The translations under genes and the position numbers were made by a program. 64,000 nucleotides of DNA from Heterodontus francisci. Its lineage: Eukaryota. Positions 1 through 13,049 of this stretch are shown piece by piece; position 1 is the stretch's first letter, and every line of letters starts with the position of its first letter. The notes beneath the pieces were generated by a model. It did no database searches. It had not been told where the DNA came from and was given only the letters and a program-made list of their open reading frames with translations. The stretch spans positions 5,146,001-5,210,000 of the forward strand of contig NW_027140221.1 in the NCBI RefSeq assembly GCF_036365525.1. The letters run 5' to 3'.

Positions 1-209
1 TAAGAAGATATTTCATCATCTCACCAACAATGTATTCAATTGAGAGCGGGTTTTTTACGAGAAGGATGGACAATCCATGCCTACATAAGGAAGTTAAGGA
101 TGGTTTTACCATCTAGTGATTCAGATACATCTGCTGAACAATTAATGCAATCCATTTAATGTGTGGCGCATTTTATTTGTTTTGAATTGTGAAAGGCTGA
201 TCGATAGAT

Positions 210-1465
210 GGGAACATTGGTGCAGAATTAGACCATTCCAACCCTCAAGACTGCTTCGCCATTCGCTTAGCTAATGGATGATCATCTATCTCACAGCCAC
301 TTTGCCGCATTATCTCAACATCCCTTGATGTCATCAGTATCTAGATATCTATCCATTTCAGTCTTAAACATGCTCAATGATTCAGCTTCCAGACCCTCTG
401 AGGTGCAGAATTACACAGGTTCACCACCCTGTGTGTGAAGGAATTGCTCTTCATCTCTGTCCTAAGTGGTATATCCCTCATTCTGATACTATGTCCCTTG
501 GTGCGAAACTGAGCAGCCAAGGGACGCCTCCTATCTACATCCACCTCGTCACGCCCTATAATAAATGTATAATTTTCAGTTAGATAACCCCTCTTTCTTT
601 GAAAATCTGGAGAATACAAAGCCAGTTTCCTCAATCTGTCCTCATCAGAAAATTCCGACATCGCAGTGATTAGTCTGTTGAATCTCCCTTGCATTCTCTC
701 GATGGGAAGTATAAACTTCCTTAGATGAGGAGACAAATCCAGGAGTGATCTCACCAAGGCTCTATACACGAGCAAGACTTTTTTTTTTTACTCCTGCACT
801 CAAAAGCCCTTACGATGAAAACCGACATACCATTTGCCTTCTCGTCAATTGCTGCATCTACATGATTTCAATCAACCAGATGTCAGTGGTTCATGAACAA
901 GGCCAGACAATTTCCTATGGACATCAATAGTTTCCAACATCTCACCATTCAATAAATGCTCTTTCTTACTGCTTTTTTTTCTACCAAAGTGGATACCTTC
1001 TCACTTATTCACCTGATATTCCATCTGCCATGTTCCTGCCCATTCACTTTGCCTGACCACGTCCTGTTGAGGCCGCCTTGTATCCCCCTCACATATTACA
1101 TTCCCATCTAGTTTTATGTTATCAAATAATCGATACAGGTTTTAAATAACTGTGGCCACAGAACTGTTCCTTGCGGTACCTCCCGATAAAAGCCTGCAAC
1201 TCTGAGAATGACCTGTTTATTCCGACGCACCTTTTCTGTCGGTTAACCAATTCGCGATCCATGGCAGTATATTATCCCCAATTCCATGTGCTCTGCTAAT
1301 TTTTACCAACCTCGTATGTGGGACCTTCACAAAGGCCTTCTGAAAATCCAAATACAGCAAAACCACTTGTTTTCCTTCATCTGTGCAACAGGTAAATTCC
1401 TCCAAAACACCAAACAGTTTTAGAAAACGTGATTTCCCTTTCTTAAATCCAGGTTAGCTCTGTCC
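210..1465 (-). mobile_element. Decayed CR1 LINE, 3' part of ORF2 plus 3' UTR
   Basis: Minus-strand ORFs contain YLDFQKAFVKVPH.RL...I.NWLTDRK (RT) and YRALVRSLLD...IERMQGRF...FTHRVVNL (CR1 ORF2 C-terminus). Confidence 0.85.
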
Positions 1466-1829
1466 AATCATACTAATAGTTCAGACCGAAAACCAATGGA
1501 AAAAAGTTAATTATTTTTACTTGTATAATCATATTCCAGTTCTGAAAGACAACGTTATTAAATCAAATTTAATTATTACTGTTTAAAAAATGGCATGTAT
1601 TTTCTGCTTAGTAGTAAAAATAAACAAATAAATTATTTAGAATCGTTGTGTTTTAATTATAATGCAATACCAAATATGTAACACGTGTGGTTGCAACACG
1701 AATAAAAACAAATGCACTAAATCCGAAGCTACACCAGAAAATGCTGGAAGCTTTAGCATCTGTGGATACAAGAGACACCACAAAAAATAATAAACATGCA
1801 TGATATAGGTAATTTAATAGGCTGACACT

Positions 1830-2340
1830 TCTCAAAGCGCTTCACAGGAGCGATATTGGACATAAAATGCCACGACACCTCATGAGGAGATATTGTGTGA
1901 GGTGACCAAATGCGGCATCGCATAGATCGGTTTCAGCCAGTATTTTAATGAGAAAATAAAATGGAGGGAAGCAGAAGTGGTTGAAGGTGGGTTGAGAGGC
2001 TTAGGGACTAGCAACTGATGGAATGGCCACCAATGGCGGAAAGACGAAAGTTAGGGATGGAGAAGAGGCCAGAATTTGAGGAACGCAGATGTTTGTAGTT
2101 CTGAAACGGGTACATATATGGGAATGGGGCGAAATCATAGAAAGATTTGAAAACGAGGCTGTGGGTTTTTGAAGCAAGACATTGTCGGAATCGTATCCAA
2201 TGGAAGACAGCGATAACAGAGGTGAGAGCTAAATTGGACTTGGTGCAAGTTAGGATACTGGCAGAAGAGTTTAGAATGAAATCAGGTTTAAGGAGGGTTC
2301 AAAGTGGGATGTGGGCCAAGACAACTTTGGAGCAGTCATA
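1830..2340 (-). mobile_element. L2-like LINE 3' fragment
   Basis: Starts with CAAAGCGCTTCACA, the reverse complement of the L2-type 3' end TGTGAAGCGCTTTG, followed by purine-rich antisense L2-like sequence. Recognised by eye. Confidence 0.55.
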
Positions 2341-2479
2341 GTATTTCAGTGCTGAACCATTGTTAACATTTCAATTTGCTCCCAAGGAGTATTTGGAACT
2401 TCACAGTACATTGGAGACGGAGAATTTGAGCAGCAGCTTATGGTTATTGAACAGTTCTCTGGTCATCCGTTTTAGCTGC

Positions 2480-3010
2480 ATAGCGTTGTGTAGAGAGTAA
2501 GGCACAGAAAGTCGTCTTTTGGCCTAACTGATCTTGCTGGCATTTGTGGTCGAGACCTGATTCCAAGAAGTGATCTTCAGTTAATCATCTCTGCATCTCT
2601 TTTAAGTTCTTTGGGCCTCATATGCTTATTCAGCTTTCACTAAAATGCATCCATGTTAATTCAACCACTCATTGTGGGAGCACGTTCCACTTTCTGAACA
2701 CACTGAGTAACGACAAGACTATCTTATATTGATGCCCAGTGGGTATGGATTACCGACAAGTACAAGGGGGTAAAGAATTATGGGGGTCTGGCAGGAATAT
2801 GGAGGTAAGGGCACAATCAGATCAGCTGAATGCAACAGCTGGCTCAAGGGGACAAATGGATTCTTCTTGCTCCTATTTCTTATGTTCTTATGCAAGTGAA
2901 ATTATTTTCTCTTTGTCTACTCATTACTTCTTCCATAATCTTGAAAACTTCGATCAGATCAACATTCAGCGTTCTCTTTTCTAAATAAAGACTTGGACTA
3001 GTTCAGTCAC
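2480..3010. mobile_element. Short decayed CR1 3'-end fragments in both orientations
   Basis: A plus-strand CR1 tail (GGCTCAAGGGGACAAATGG...CTCCTATTTCTTATGTTCTTATG) ends near 2892 and lies within an antisense CR1-like 3' piece. Confidence 0.5.
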
Positions 3011-4299
3011 CAAAATACGTCCAAAAACGGGCAGGGCTGTCTTCCCCTGATAGTATTGAGCTCCAAACTTTATAATAACTTGCCATCGAAAAGTGATGTT
3101 ATTACATAATCGTAGTAAAATGCATATAAAAAAATAGAAATATTGCTAGTTATCCATAACAATGCTTCTCAGTCGCATTATTGTTTTATAATATATTGGA
3201 TTACATAGATTTCTGCTGGATGTTACGAAAATTGTAGACATGGCAGGAGAAGTTTTCAAATTTACTAATTATACAAATAGATGTAAAAACCTCTGAAACA
3301 CTGCTTTGCGATTTTATTAATAATAGCGTCCTACTATCTGCCTGATTTTACTGCTGCATATCATAATATTTCCTAACTTTGTTTTTTAAAATCCTCAGTC
3401 AATTAATCAAGCCTGGCGATTAAAAAAAATCTGCAAGGGAGAAATCTACCCATTTATGTCGTTTGGTCGATTGTTTTCATTGCATGATTATGTCCCAGTT
3501 GTTCTTACCAGGGCATGTTGTATTTGTTGGCAAGGTCAATTCAATCGACGAGAGAGCTAATTCAATTATGTTTGACTGATGAATAGGACAAGGGTGAGGG
3601 ATGTTTCTATACAGCATTGTTGATAATCATACGGTGTGAATCTAATCAGGTGTTTTCTAATAATAATTATCTATCAATGTCAAGGAAGTAATAGGGAGGC
3701 TCGAGTGGAACAGGATGCTTTTATTGTCCAAACATTGACTTAAAAGTAAAACGTATGGGGCATTAAAACTATAACCCCATAAATTGCATTGTGTCTGAAT
3801 TAATACCAGCAAACACAGATGTCAATTCATATTGTTGGAAAATTTCCCTGCTCTTCCTGAATGTTACATAATAAACCCCAACAATCAAGATAGCACTGCT
3901 ATTACAGTGAAGGTGGTCATGATGGAAACTTCATGAACATAGGAATTGTAAGCCGTAAACAGGCCAAGGGCTATTCACCTTCAACCATCCTTTCCTTCCC
4001 ATGGTACAATGAAAATGGAGTTGCTGAGAATTCAAAGCAATCGATCTTTATTAATAAGTATGCAAGAGAGTCTGGTATCAGTGGATCAAGACCATCAGCA
4101 GTGTCGAGTTTCCGGACACACAAATTCTTACGTGGTCTTCCCAAGCATGCAACACTTATATTATGTTGTGCGACAGCTAGCTCCATGCATTCTATCCAGT
4201 AATGTCCAGTAATGTAATTTTATGAGAAAAATATATTTTTCAATTAAAATAATCAATGTTGTTTTGCCTAATCTGCGCTAACTCTTAAATAATTCACAA

Positions 4300-4972
4300 A
4301 GTGGACTGGTGAAAGGTATATCAATGTTTTATTCACATATTAAATCATCAAGTACAAACACTCACTACTTGCACAGTTTACCTCCCTTCAAGACACGAGG
4401 TGATCAGCCTCGGACTTGGGGCTACCCTTCTGCTGTCTGAGCCATTAACTAAGGGTGCCTTCTTGAGTGTTCTTCCTCATGGTCCTCATGCCAAATCAAG
4501 TTTCCGACAGGGATTAAATCTTGTTTCCAAGCCCCACTCATCTTACTTACTCATCGTGGTCTGGTATAATAATATAATGATAATTCCTTATTTGGTTCAA
4601 TAAGAGCCTGGTCAGCACGTTTCATTTCTCACACTCTCCCATTATCTACTGTGGGTCTAATCATATCCATGTCCATAGCACCGCCTTATCTGGCTTGTGA
4701 AAGGACACTGAGTCTGATGGCATCGTGGCTAATGTTTCAGTTGTTTTTCTGGACTGTCTGCAATTCCTCTGAGCCATCTATGTGCTGCTCCCCTTTCTAG
4801 CCAAACCCCCCTATGTTTTGATACACTGCGTATTGTTGTGTGACTGGCCCTTTTTCTCAACTAAGTTGTTTGGTGTTTTTACTGGGTCTACAATGCCAAC
4901 TTCTCGCATCATGTCCCTCGGGGACCTGTTGCATACATTGACTACTAATTCGCTGAAATATTGATTCCTCAC
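4300..4972 (-). repeat. Possible solo LTR
   Basis: The minus strand begins TGTGAGGAAT at 4972 and has AATAAA near the far end (TTTATT at 4328-4333). No second copy in the window, so support is weak. Confidence 0.25.
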
Positions 4973-5394
4973 ATTAATTAAGAATTTAATAGCTTGAAGA
5001 GTGGTCCATGCCCTCCAGTTCGACTGCTTTGAACAGGGCGAAATAGCTTGCCATGGCCAATGTTTTCGAGGCCCATTAGGATTCGAGAAAACAAGAATGA
5101 TATCACCTCACAAATTTGTGTTTCACTGATATCATGCCCACCTTCATCACCATTGCGGAGTGAAGTCGTGATTTATATGGCAAATAATTAAGATTGACGA
5201 TGTTAAATATGCAACGTCTGTACAAAATGGAGGGGAAAGTGTGTAAATTACTCACTAGTCCACCATCATCATCAGAATATTAAATAGCATAGATGTTTTG
5301 CGAAGTTTCATTATAATCACTTCCAGCTGCATTTATCTAGATCATAATCCATAAATGGTTATGATATTTACCCCTGGATCTGATTAAAGATCTG

Positions 5395-7330
5395 ATGTCC
5401 TGCCACATCCATTCATGAATAGTGGTGGTTATTAAGGAAGTAACTAGAGATGGAGGCCCCACGAACATCCTTAATCTCAATAATGGCGATGTCCAGCATA
5501 TCAGTTGGAAAGACAAGGCTGAAATGTTGTACCCATTTCAGTCAGAAGAGTTGTGTGGATGATACATCTTGACCTCTTCCTGAGGTTCCCAGCATCAAAT
5601 ATCCCAGTGTTCATCCATTCGACTGATTTAACAAAGTATCAAGAAATGGCAGAATTCACAGGATACATCAAAGCCGATAGACACTGAAAGCATCCCAGTT
5701 GTCGTGTAAAGGAGTTGTACTGCAGCATTAGACATGCTCCTGGAAGAGCCCTTTCAGTACAGGTGCTACACCAACTGTTATACAACTACGTGAGAAGTTG
5801 CCCAGTTATGCCCTGTCCAAAAAATTATAAAGAACAAATGACAAATCCAATCTGGCCAATTACTGCCTCATCTTTCTCATGCAATCGTAATCAAAGTGAT
5901 GAAATGTGTCATTGGCAGTGCTATGAATCGGCACTGACTAAGCAGTAACTTGCTCAACGATGTTCAGTTTGGGCTCCAACAGAACCACTTGGTTGCAGAC
6001 CTCATTGCAGCGTTGATCCGCAGGTGGACCAAAAAGCTGATTTCCATAGGTGGGGTGAGGATGACAACCTATGATATTAAGGCAGCATTTGACCAAGTGT
6101 GGCTACGGGCACCTTCATAAGATTGAAGTCAGTGAGAATCAGGGGAAACACTCCACAGGATTCTGTTATGCCAAGCATAAAGGAACATGACTGTGATTAT
6201 CAGGGTGCAATTATCTCAGCCCGAGCACTTAGGGAAACATAAATTGGAGTAAGAGTAGGCCATTCGGCCACCCGAGCCTGGTTCGTCATTCAACTAGATC
6301 ATGGCTGATCTCCTACCTCAACAACATTTTCCCGCATTATTCCATACACCTTGATACCATTAATATCTAGAAATCTATCGATATCTGTCTTGAATATACT
6401 TAATGACTGAGCCTCCAAAACACTCTGTGGTCGAGAATTCCTGAGATTCACCACTCGCTGAGTGAATAGGTTCCTCCTCATCGCAGTTTGAAATGGTGTA
6501 ACCCTTATTCTGAGACTGCTCTAGAACCATTCCCTCTTCCCAACTCATCCCCCCGCCCCCTCCCAGCCCCCAAACACAGCCAGGAGATACATCCTTGCTG
6601 CATCTGCCCTGTCAAGCTATATAAAGATTTTGTATGCTTCAATAAGATAACTTGCCATTCTTTGAATCTATAGCGAAAACAGGCCCAGCCAACTCATAGG
6701 AGCATTCTGCCATCCCAGAAATATGACAGGTGAAACGTCATTGCACAATACTCCAGGTGTGGTCTCATCAAGGCACTATAACAATTGGAGCAAGACATCT
6801 CTAATGATGTACTCAAATCCTATTGCAATAAAACGAAAATACACCATTTGCCTTCCAAATTGCTTGTTGCCCCTGCATGTTAGCTTTCAGTGACTCGTAA
6901 ACAAGGACACCCAGTTCCTTGGATATCAGCACTTCCCAATCTCTCACATTTAAGAAAAACTCTGTTCTTCTGTCTTTCAATACAGAATGAATAGCTTCAC
7001 TTTTTCTCACATTATCGTCCATCTAACATTATAAGGTTAGAAGTTGGAATGTAGGCTGACGATTGCACAGTGTCCTGTCTTATTCCTGTAACTCATCAAA
7101 TACTGATGCACTCCTTGTCCCCATGCAGTAAGACGTTGCCATCATTCACGCGTGAACTGAGAAATGGCAAGTAATATTCGAACAACACAAGTGGCAGGCA
7201 ACGATTATCTTCAACAAGGGATATTTAAACCATTTTCGCTCGAAATTAAATGGCATTACGATTGTTGAATTTCCTACCATCAATGTGCTAGTTGTCATCA
7301 TTAATCAGAAAATTAACTGGATTAGCCACA
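5395..7330 (+). mobile_element. Decayed CR1-group LINE family B (ORF2), split by a CR1 insertion at ~6232-7030
   Basis: GATATTAAGGCAGCATTTGACCAAGTGTGG (DIKAAFDQVW) near 6073. Resumes at ~7035 with GCTGACGATTGCACAGTG (ADDCTV). Homologous to 10720-11961 and 52075-54045. Confidence 0.75.
6232..7030 (-). mobile_element. CR1 LINE, 5'-truncated
   Basis: Minus-strand ORFs MRRNLFTQRVVNLRNS and KSEAIH...LGVLVYESLKA...KANG. 3' tail near 6235. Confidence 0.85.
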
Positions 7331-7881
7331 GACAGACTATGGATACAAAAGGTGGAGGCTGGGAAATCTACAGCGAGTAATTCAGCTCCTGACTTACATA
7401 GAATAATGGAAACATAGAAAATAGGAACAAATAGAAAATATAAAATTTGGCCCTTCGAGCTTGCTCCACCATCCACGACGATCATGGCTGATCATCCAAC
7501 TCAGTAACATGCTTCCACTTTCAAAACATTCAAAAAATGAATAAATCAAACTATTACCTATACTTTCAAGCGTGATTCTGTTTCTGCAAATGCTGCTCAT
7601 TGGCGATATTTAAATTAATTATTTTGTAGCCCGATAACTACCTGTATAGGAGCTGAAAATGTTCAATTGCCTGTGTACCTTCTGACCGGCCACAGACTGA
7701 ATTTTTTTATAGCTTCTGTCTGTTCCTCACCATAAATGCATTTGCCTGGCTGAAGAGAAATCCCTGCAGCTTTGGGATTTTATGGTGTTCTGCAACTTCG
7801 CCATCATCTTTCTGATCATGCAACTGACTCTGTAAACCTCCCGCATCCTCATTCCCATGAATAATGCCTCTTCCGTGTGTT

Positions 7882-9082
7882 AAACAAAGAACACAGTACA
7901 GCACAGGAACAGGCCATTCCGCCCTCCAAGCCTGTGCAGATCATGATGCCTGTCTAAACTAAAACATTTTGGACATCTGGGGTCCGTATCCCTCTATTCC
8001 AATCCTATTCATGTGTTTGTCAAGACACCTCTTAAGCGTCGCTACCTGCTTCCACCACCTCCCCTGGCAGTAAGTTCCAGGCACTCACTACCCTCTGTGC
8101 AAAAAACCTTGCCTCGCACATCCCCTCTAAATTTTGCCACTCGCACCTTAAACCTATGTCCCCTAGTAACTGACTCTCCACCCTGGCAAAAACACTGTCC
8201 ATGCCACTCATAATTTTGTAAACCTCTAACAGTTCGCCCCTCCACCTCCGTCGTTCCAGTGAAAGCAATCAGAGTTTATCCAACCTCTCCTCATAGCTAA
8301 TCCACTCCAGACCAGGCAACATCCTGGTAAATCTCTTCTGTGCCCTCTCCAAAGCCTCCACATCCTTTTGGTAGTGCAGCCACCAGAATTGTATGGAATA
8401 TTCCAAGTTCTGTACAGCTGCAGCATGACTTGCCAATGTTTATACTCAATGCTCCGACCGTTGAAGGCAAGTATGTCGTATGCCTTCTTGGCTACCTTAT
8501 CCACCTGCGTTGCCACATTCAGTGATCTGTGGACCTGTACGTCCAGATCTCTCTGCCTGTCAATACTCCTAAGGGTTCTGCCATTTACTGTATACTTCCC
8601 ACCTGTATTAGAGCTTCAAAAATGTATTACCTCATATCTGTCCAGATTAAACTCCACCTGCCATTTCTCCGCCCAAATCTGCAACCGATCTATATCCTGC
8701 TGTATCGTCTGGCAATCATCATCACTATCCGCAACACCACCAACCTTTGTGTCATCTGCAAACTTACTAATCAGACCAGCTACATTTTCCTGCAAATCAT
8801 TTTAAAAAACTACAAAAAGCAAAGGTCCCAGCACTGATCTCTGTGGAACGCTACTAGTCACAGCCCTCCATTCAGAAAAGCACCCTTCCACTGCTACCCT
8901 CTGTCTTCTATGACCGAGCCAGTTCTGTATCCATCTTGCCAGCTCACCTCTGATCCCGTGTGACTTCAACTTTTGTATCAGTCTGCCATGAGGAACCTAG
9001 TCAAAGGCTTTACTGAAGTCCATGTAGACAACATCCACTGCCCTTCTTTCATCAACCATCTTCGTCACTTCCTCAAAAACTC
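7882..9082 (-). mobile_element. Relatively young CR1 (HER1-like) LINE, 5'-truncated
   Basis: ATQVDKVAKKAY, LERRRWRG and RGHRFKVR...RGDVRGK. 3' UTR/tail (AAACAAAGAACACAGTACAGCACAGG on +) closely resembles the copy at 32779-34062. Confidence 0.95.
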
Positions 9083-9829
9083 TCTGAAAAATTCCAGTCG
9101 TTCGATGCTCCATGCTGGTTTCAACCTACCAGCATCATAATTATACCAACAAAGGACTTTTGACTTTACTCCTGATTCATTCCTAGTATCTACCATCGGG
9201 TAAAGCTACAGATTCACCATTAGCTCAGCTAGTAGTTCAGTGGACTTTTTTTTATTTGAGTGTGAAGAGCTTAAATCAATGTTTGGCTTATGATTCCAAA
9301 TCAATAATTTCTGTTTTTTTGTCTGTCCTTTGTGTGAATATGTGCTGTGGGTGTTTGCTCGAGAATGACCAATATTGTGATTTTCGGATATTTTGCCTTT
9401 GTATTTGATGCTAACAAAAGAGCAAGTTGTCTCTCCCCATGGATACCCTGTCGTAGCATTTACAAGCTTTAACGCCACGATAAGGTTGCAAATAAATTTG
9501 CAGAACTCAATGGAATAAGAGACAGGTTTGTGCAAACTCTCGCCATACGTTAACCCATTATGTATTGGCACAATACTGTTGATTGTGTGCTGTAGCCGCT
9601 CCAACACCAGTATATCCTTCCTGCAATGCTGTCCAGACTGAATGCAGTACGCCGGATGGGACTAATGAAATTCTATGCAACTGAATCATCGTATCTATTG
9701 GGATTCAGTGGCCATATTATTTTTCGTTTAATTGTAATTGTCTGCTCGGGCTATATTATTGAAAATGGTGGAGTTCGAAATTTATTTGCCTCCGTAGAAT
9801 TTCTCACTTCTCACTTCCAGAGCACCTCA

Positions 9830-10630
9830 TCGAATCATGAAATCATAGAATGGCAGTAGCAGAGAATGAGACCATTTGGTTCGTTAAGAACGTGCTGACC
9901 CTCTGCAAGAGTAGTTTTGATGCTCCCCTTAACCCTGCTATTTCTTTCTTTCAGGTGCAGATCGATCCCCCCTCACCCCACCCCCACCCTCTGTGAATTC
10001 CAGAGTTGAATATGCCTCCAACACCGATTGAGACATTGCATTAGAAATCTTAATCATTCACAGCATTAAAAAAAATTGTTCTTCATGTTGACAATGCTTC
10101 TTTTATAAGTGTATTTACATCTGCTTCCTTGGGTTTCTGATCCATTCACCAAGGAAACATTTTTTAAAATGTATTCTCCATATACTCTTCCTAGATCTGC
10201 TCATTATTCTGAACACTTCTATCAAATCTCCTCTCGACCTTGCTTTCTCTCAGCAGAACAATCGCAGTCTCGCCAATCTGTCTCTGATAGTGACATATCT
10301 CCTTCCTGGAACGATTACTAGAATTTTTCTGTGCACGATGTTGAAAGCCTTAACAACCTTCCGGAAATGTTGGGCACATAATTGCTCACCAATGCTCCAA
10401 TTGGTGCTGAACCAGTGTCTTATCATCGTTTATCATAACATGGTCGCTTATGCACTCCACCATTCCATTGATAAAATCCTGGATCTGATATGACTTTGTG
10501 ACCTCTTTCTCAAGCTACTCTTTCACCTTCGATCATTTGTGCACATATTCCCCAGGCATATCTGTTCAGGCCTACCCTTTCTAACTGAGCACTTAACTTT
10601 ATTGTGGTTCTCCGTATTCATCCTACGAAA
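9830..10630 (-). mobile_element. Old CR1 3' fragment
   Basis: AATCATAGAATGG...CCATT tail pattern followed by decayed antisense ORF2 C-terminal sequence. Confidence 0.65.
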
Positions 10631-10719
10631 ACTCACATCTGATTGATATTTGTGGTTTCAAAAAGGATGACATCGCACTTGCTGAAATTGCACTCTACTT
10701 GATACAGTTATATTGGTAC

Positions 10720-11961
10720 ATTTCTATTCCACAAAAATAGGAGAATTTCAATCTGTCCAATAACTACCCCATCAATCTACTCTCTAGCATCAGCAAAATG
10801 ATAGAAGATGGCGTCGAAAATGTCATGAGGCAGTACTTGCACAGATAAACCTGCTCACCGGTGCTCAGTTTGGGCTCTCACTCGGCTCGTGGCCTTATTA
10901 CAGCCTTTGTTCGAAGATGAATGGAAAGAGATGAATTTAAAAGGTGGGGTGAGAGTGAATAACCTTGAAATCAAGACAATATTTGACTGAGTGTGAATCA
11001 AAGAACCTAAGAAAATTGAAATAATTGGAATCGGGGGAAAAGTCTCCACTGCTTGCAGTCATACCGAGCACAAAAGGAAGATGCTTGTGGCTGTTGAAGA
11101 CCAAATAACTAAGCCCCAGAACATAGCTGCAGGAGTTCCTCAGGGTAGTGTCCTAGGACCAAAAAATCTTCAACTTCTTCATCAGTGACCTTCTCTGCAT
11201 CATCAGGTCAGGAGTGGGGATGTTCGCTGATGATTGCACTCTATGATTCACAGCTCCTCATATGCTGAATTCGTCGGTGTCATCATGGAGAATGACTGGA
11301 AAACATTCATACTTGTGCTGATTAGTGGCAAGTAACAATCCCGCCACCCAAGAAACCAGGCTATAAGCTCCTCCAGCAAAAGAGACTCGAACCAACTCCT
11401 CGTGACATTCAATGGCATTACTTTTGCTGATTCCCTCACCATTGACATACTGGGTGTAACCGTTTACCAGCAGATTAACTGGACCAGCCGTCTAAATACT
11501 ATGGCTGTATGAGCAAGTCAGAGGCTGGGGATTCTGCAGAGAGGAACTCACCTCCTGACTCCCCAAAAGCCTGCCCAACATTAATATGATGGAATATTTT
11601 CCACTTGCTTCATCTCAAACAATACGCTGGAAGCTTAGTTGTAAAAAAAAACAGCGTGCGTGGTCGGCAGCCGAGCCATCACCTTAGACATTCACACCCT
11701 CACATTCACACCAGTGCAAATTGGCAGCAGTCTGTACTACATAAAAATGCAATTTTACTGGCAACTATAGCGCCGTTCCTTCACAATGGCTTCGTCAAAA
11801 ACCAGGAACTCCCTTCATTATACACTGTGGGTATGCCTCCACCAGATGGACTAATGCTGTTCAAAAAGGTGGATGACCACCACTTTCCCAAGGGCAATTT
11901 AAGGGGGAGAACAAATGTTGGCCGTGCCAGCGACGTTGACATTACATGGACGATTTAAAAA
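10720..11961 (+). mobile_element. CR1-group LINE family B, RT to 3' end
   Basis: GGAGTTCCTCAGGGTAGTGTCCTAGGACC (GVPQGSVLGP), TTCGCTGATGAT (FADD), and the family-B 3' end AAGGGCAATT...GGCCGTGCCAGCGACG. Confidence 0.85.
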
Positions 11962-12772
11962 GATGACCTTACATGTTCGTTCGCAACTTTCCAATCTAAT
12001 TAGCACTACATACTGCCTGTCCGAACTTAAGGTTCTCTACAAACTTGTTTAGATGACATCATGTTTCTTGAACCAAGATACGAATACAATTGAGACGTCG
12101 GTACAAATTCCTGGGAAACAGCAGTTCTCTCATCAGGGAATGTTATTAAAGAACTTTTATTTGTTGGGAGAGAGCGCAACTGTCACGTTGAAACAGATTG
12201 GTATATGTCGAAACTTGTCAAGAGAGTCTAGGTGACTCTTTCTCATTCTTGACTGGTCCAACAGTGCAAACATCCGCAGTCTTGAAATGAGTTGCAGAGT
12301 TCTAACTGCCATTGCTATGAAAAAGAGTTTTATGATTTGTGTTCCAGTTCCATACAAGTGACAGAGCAATCAGTTGCATTCATGCACTTTGAGAAAAAAA
12401 TAACATTCTATTCACATTTTCGTTGCTCACAGTCCACTTGCTTTAAACGACATAATAACTTTGTCTTCCAAGTCTCTTTGTTTCTCTACTTCTTCTAACT
12501 TTATACAACTTCGAAAATAGAGTGACTGTTCTTTCTTGGTAACAAGTGAATGGAATCAAACTTGCCCACAATGTATTCAATTTGATACAGTTTTTCTAAC
12601 TAACTTAATACGTCCTTGGCATACTACAAAGTATCATTATCCTCCAAACTTTTTTTCATTTCAAATTTGGATATGCAAGCCACAAGGAAATGTTGTCGCA
12701 AAACTAAGATGTGCAGCGTGCAACATTACACATCAGACACTAAATACTGACATACAAAGTAAGGTTCGCGGG

Positions 12773-12843
12773 GCCTGAGTAGCTCAGTCGGTCGAGATTG
12801 GAATTGTAATCTGAGAGCCCAGTGTTCAAGTGCCCAGTTGTTT
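12773..12843 (+). pseudogene. Decayed tRNA-Lys(UUU)-derived pseudogene
   Basis: GCCTGAGTAGCTCAGTCGGTCGAG...TAATCTGAGAGCCCAGTGTTCAAGT aligns by eye to vertebrate tRNA-Lys-TTT (GCCCGGATAGCTCAGTCGGTAGAGC...TAATCTGAGGGTCCAGGGTTCAAGT). Anticodon arm and acceptor stem are disrupted. Confidence 0.7.
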
Positions 12844-13049
12844 ACTGTGTTTGCTTCTGTGCTATACACACACCAAGACATGTTGTATTTCCTGTAATGT
12901 GGTGTTCAGAATTTCATGCAGTGCTCCCGATATGTTTGATAATGGTGCTGTACAACGGAAAATTCGTGTTCATTTTATTCCAGCGTCTTTTATTATTTTC
13001 ATTTGTTTTTCTTCATTTAGGAGATGTGGACGTCCCACGCAACGCAAGC

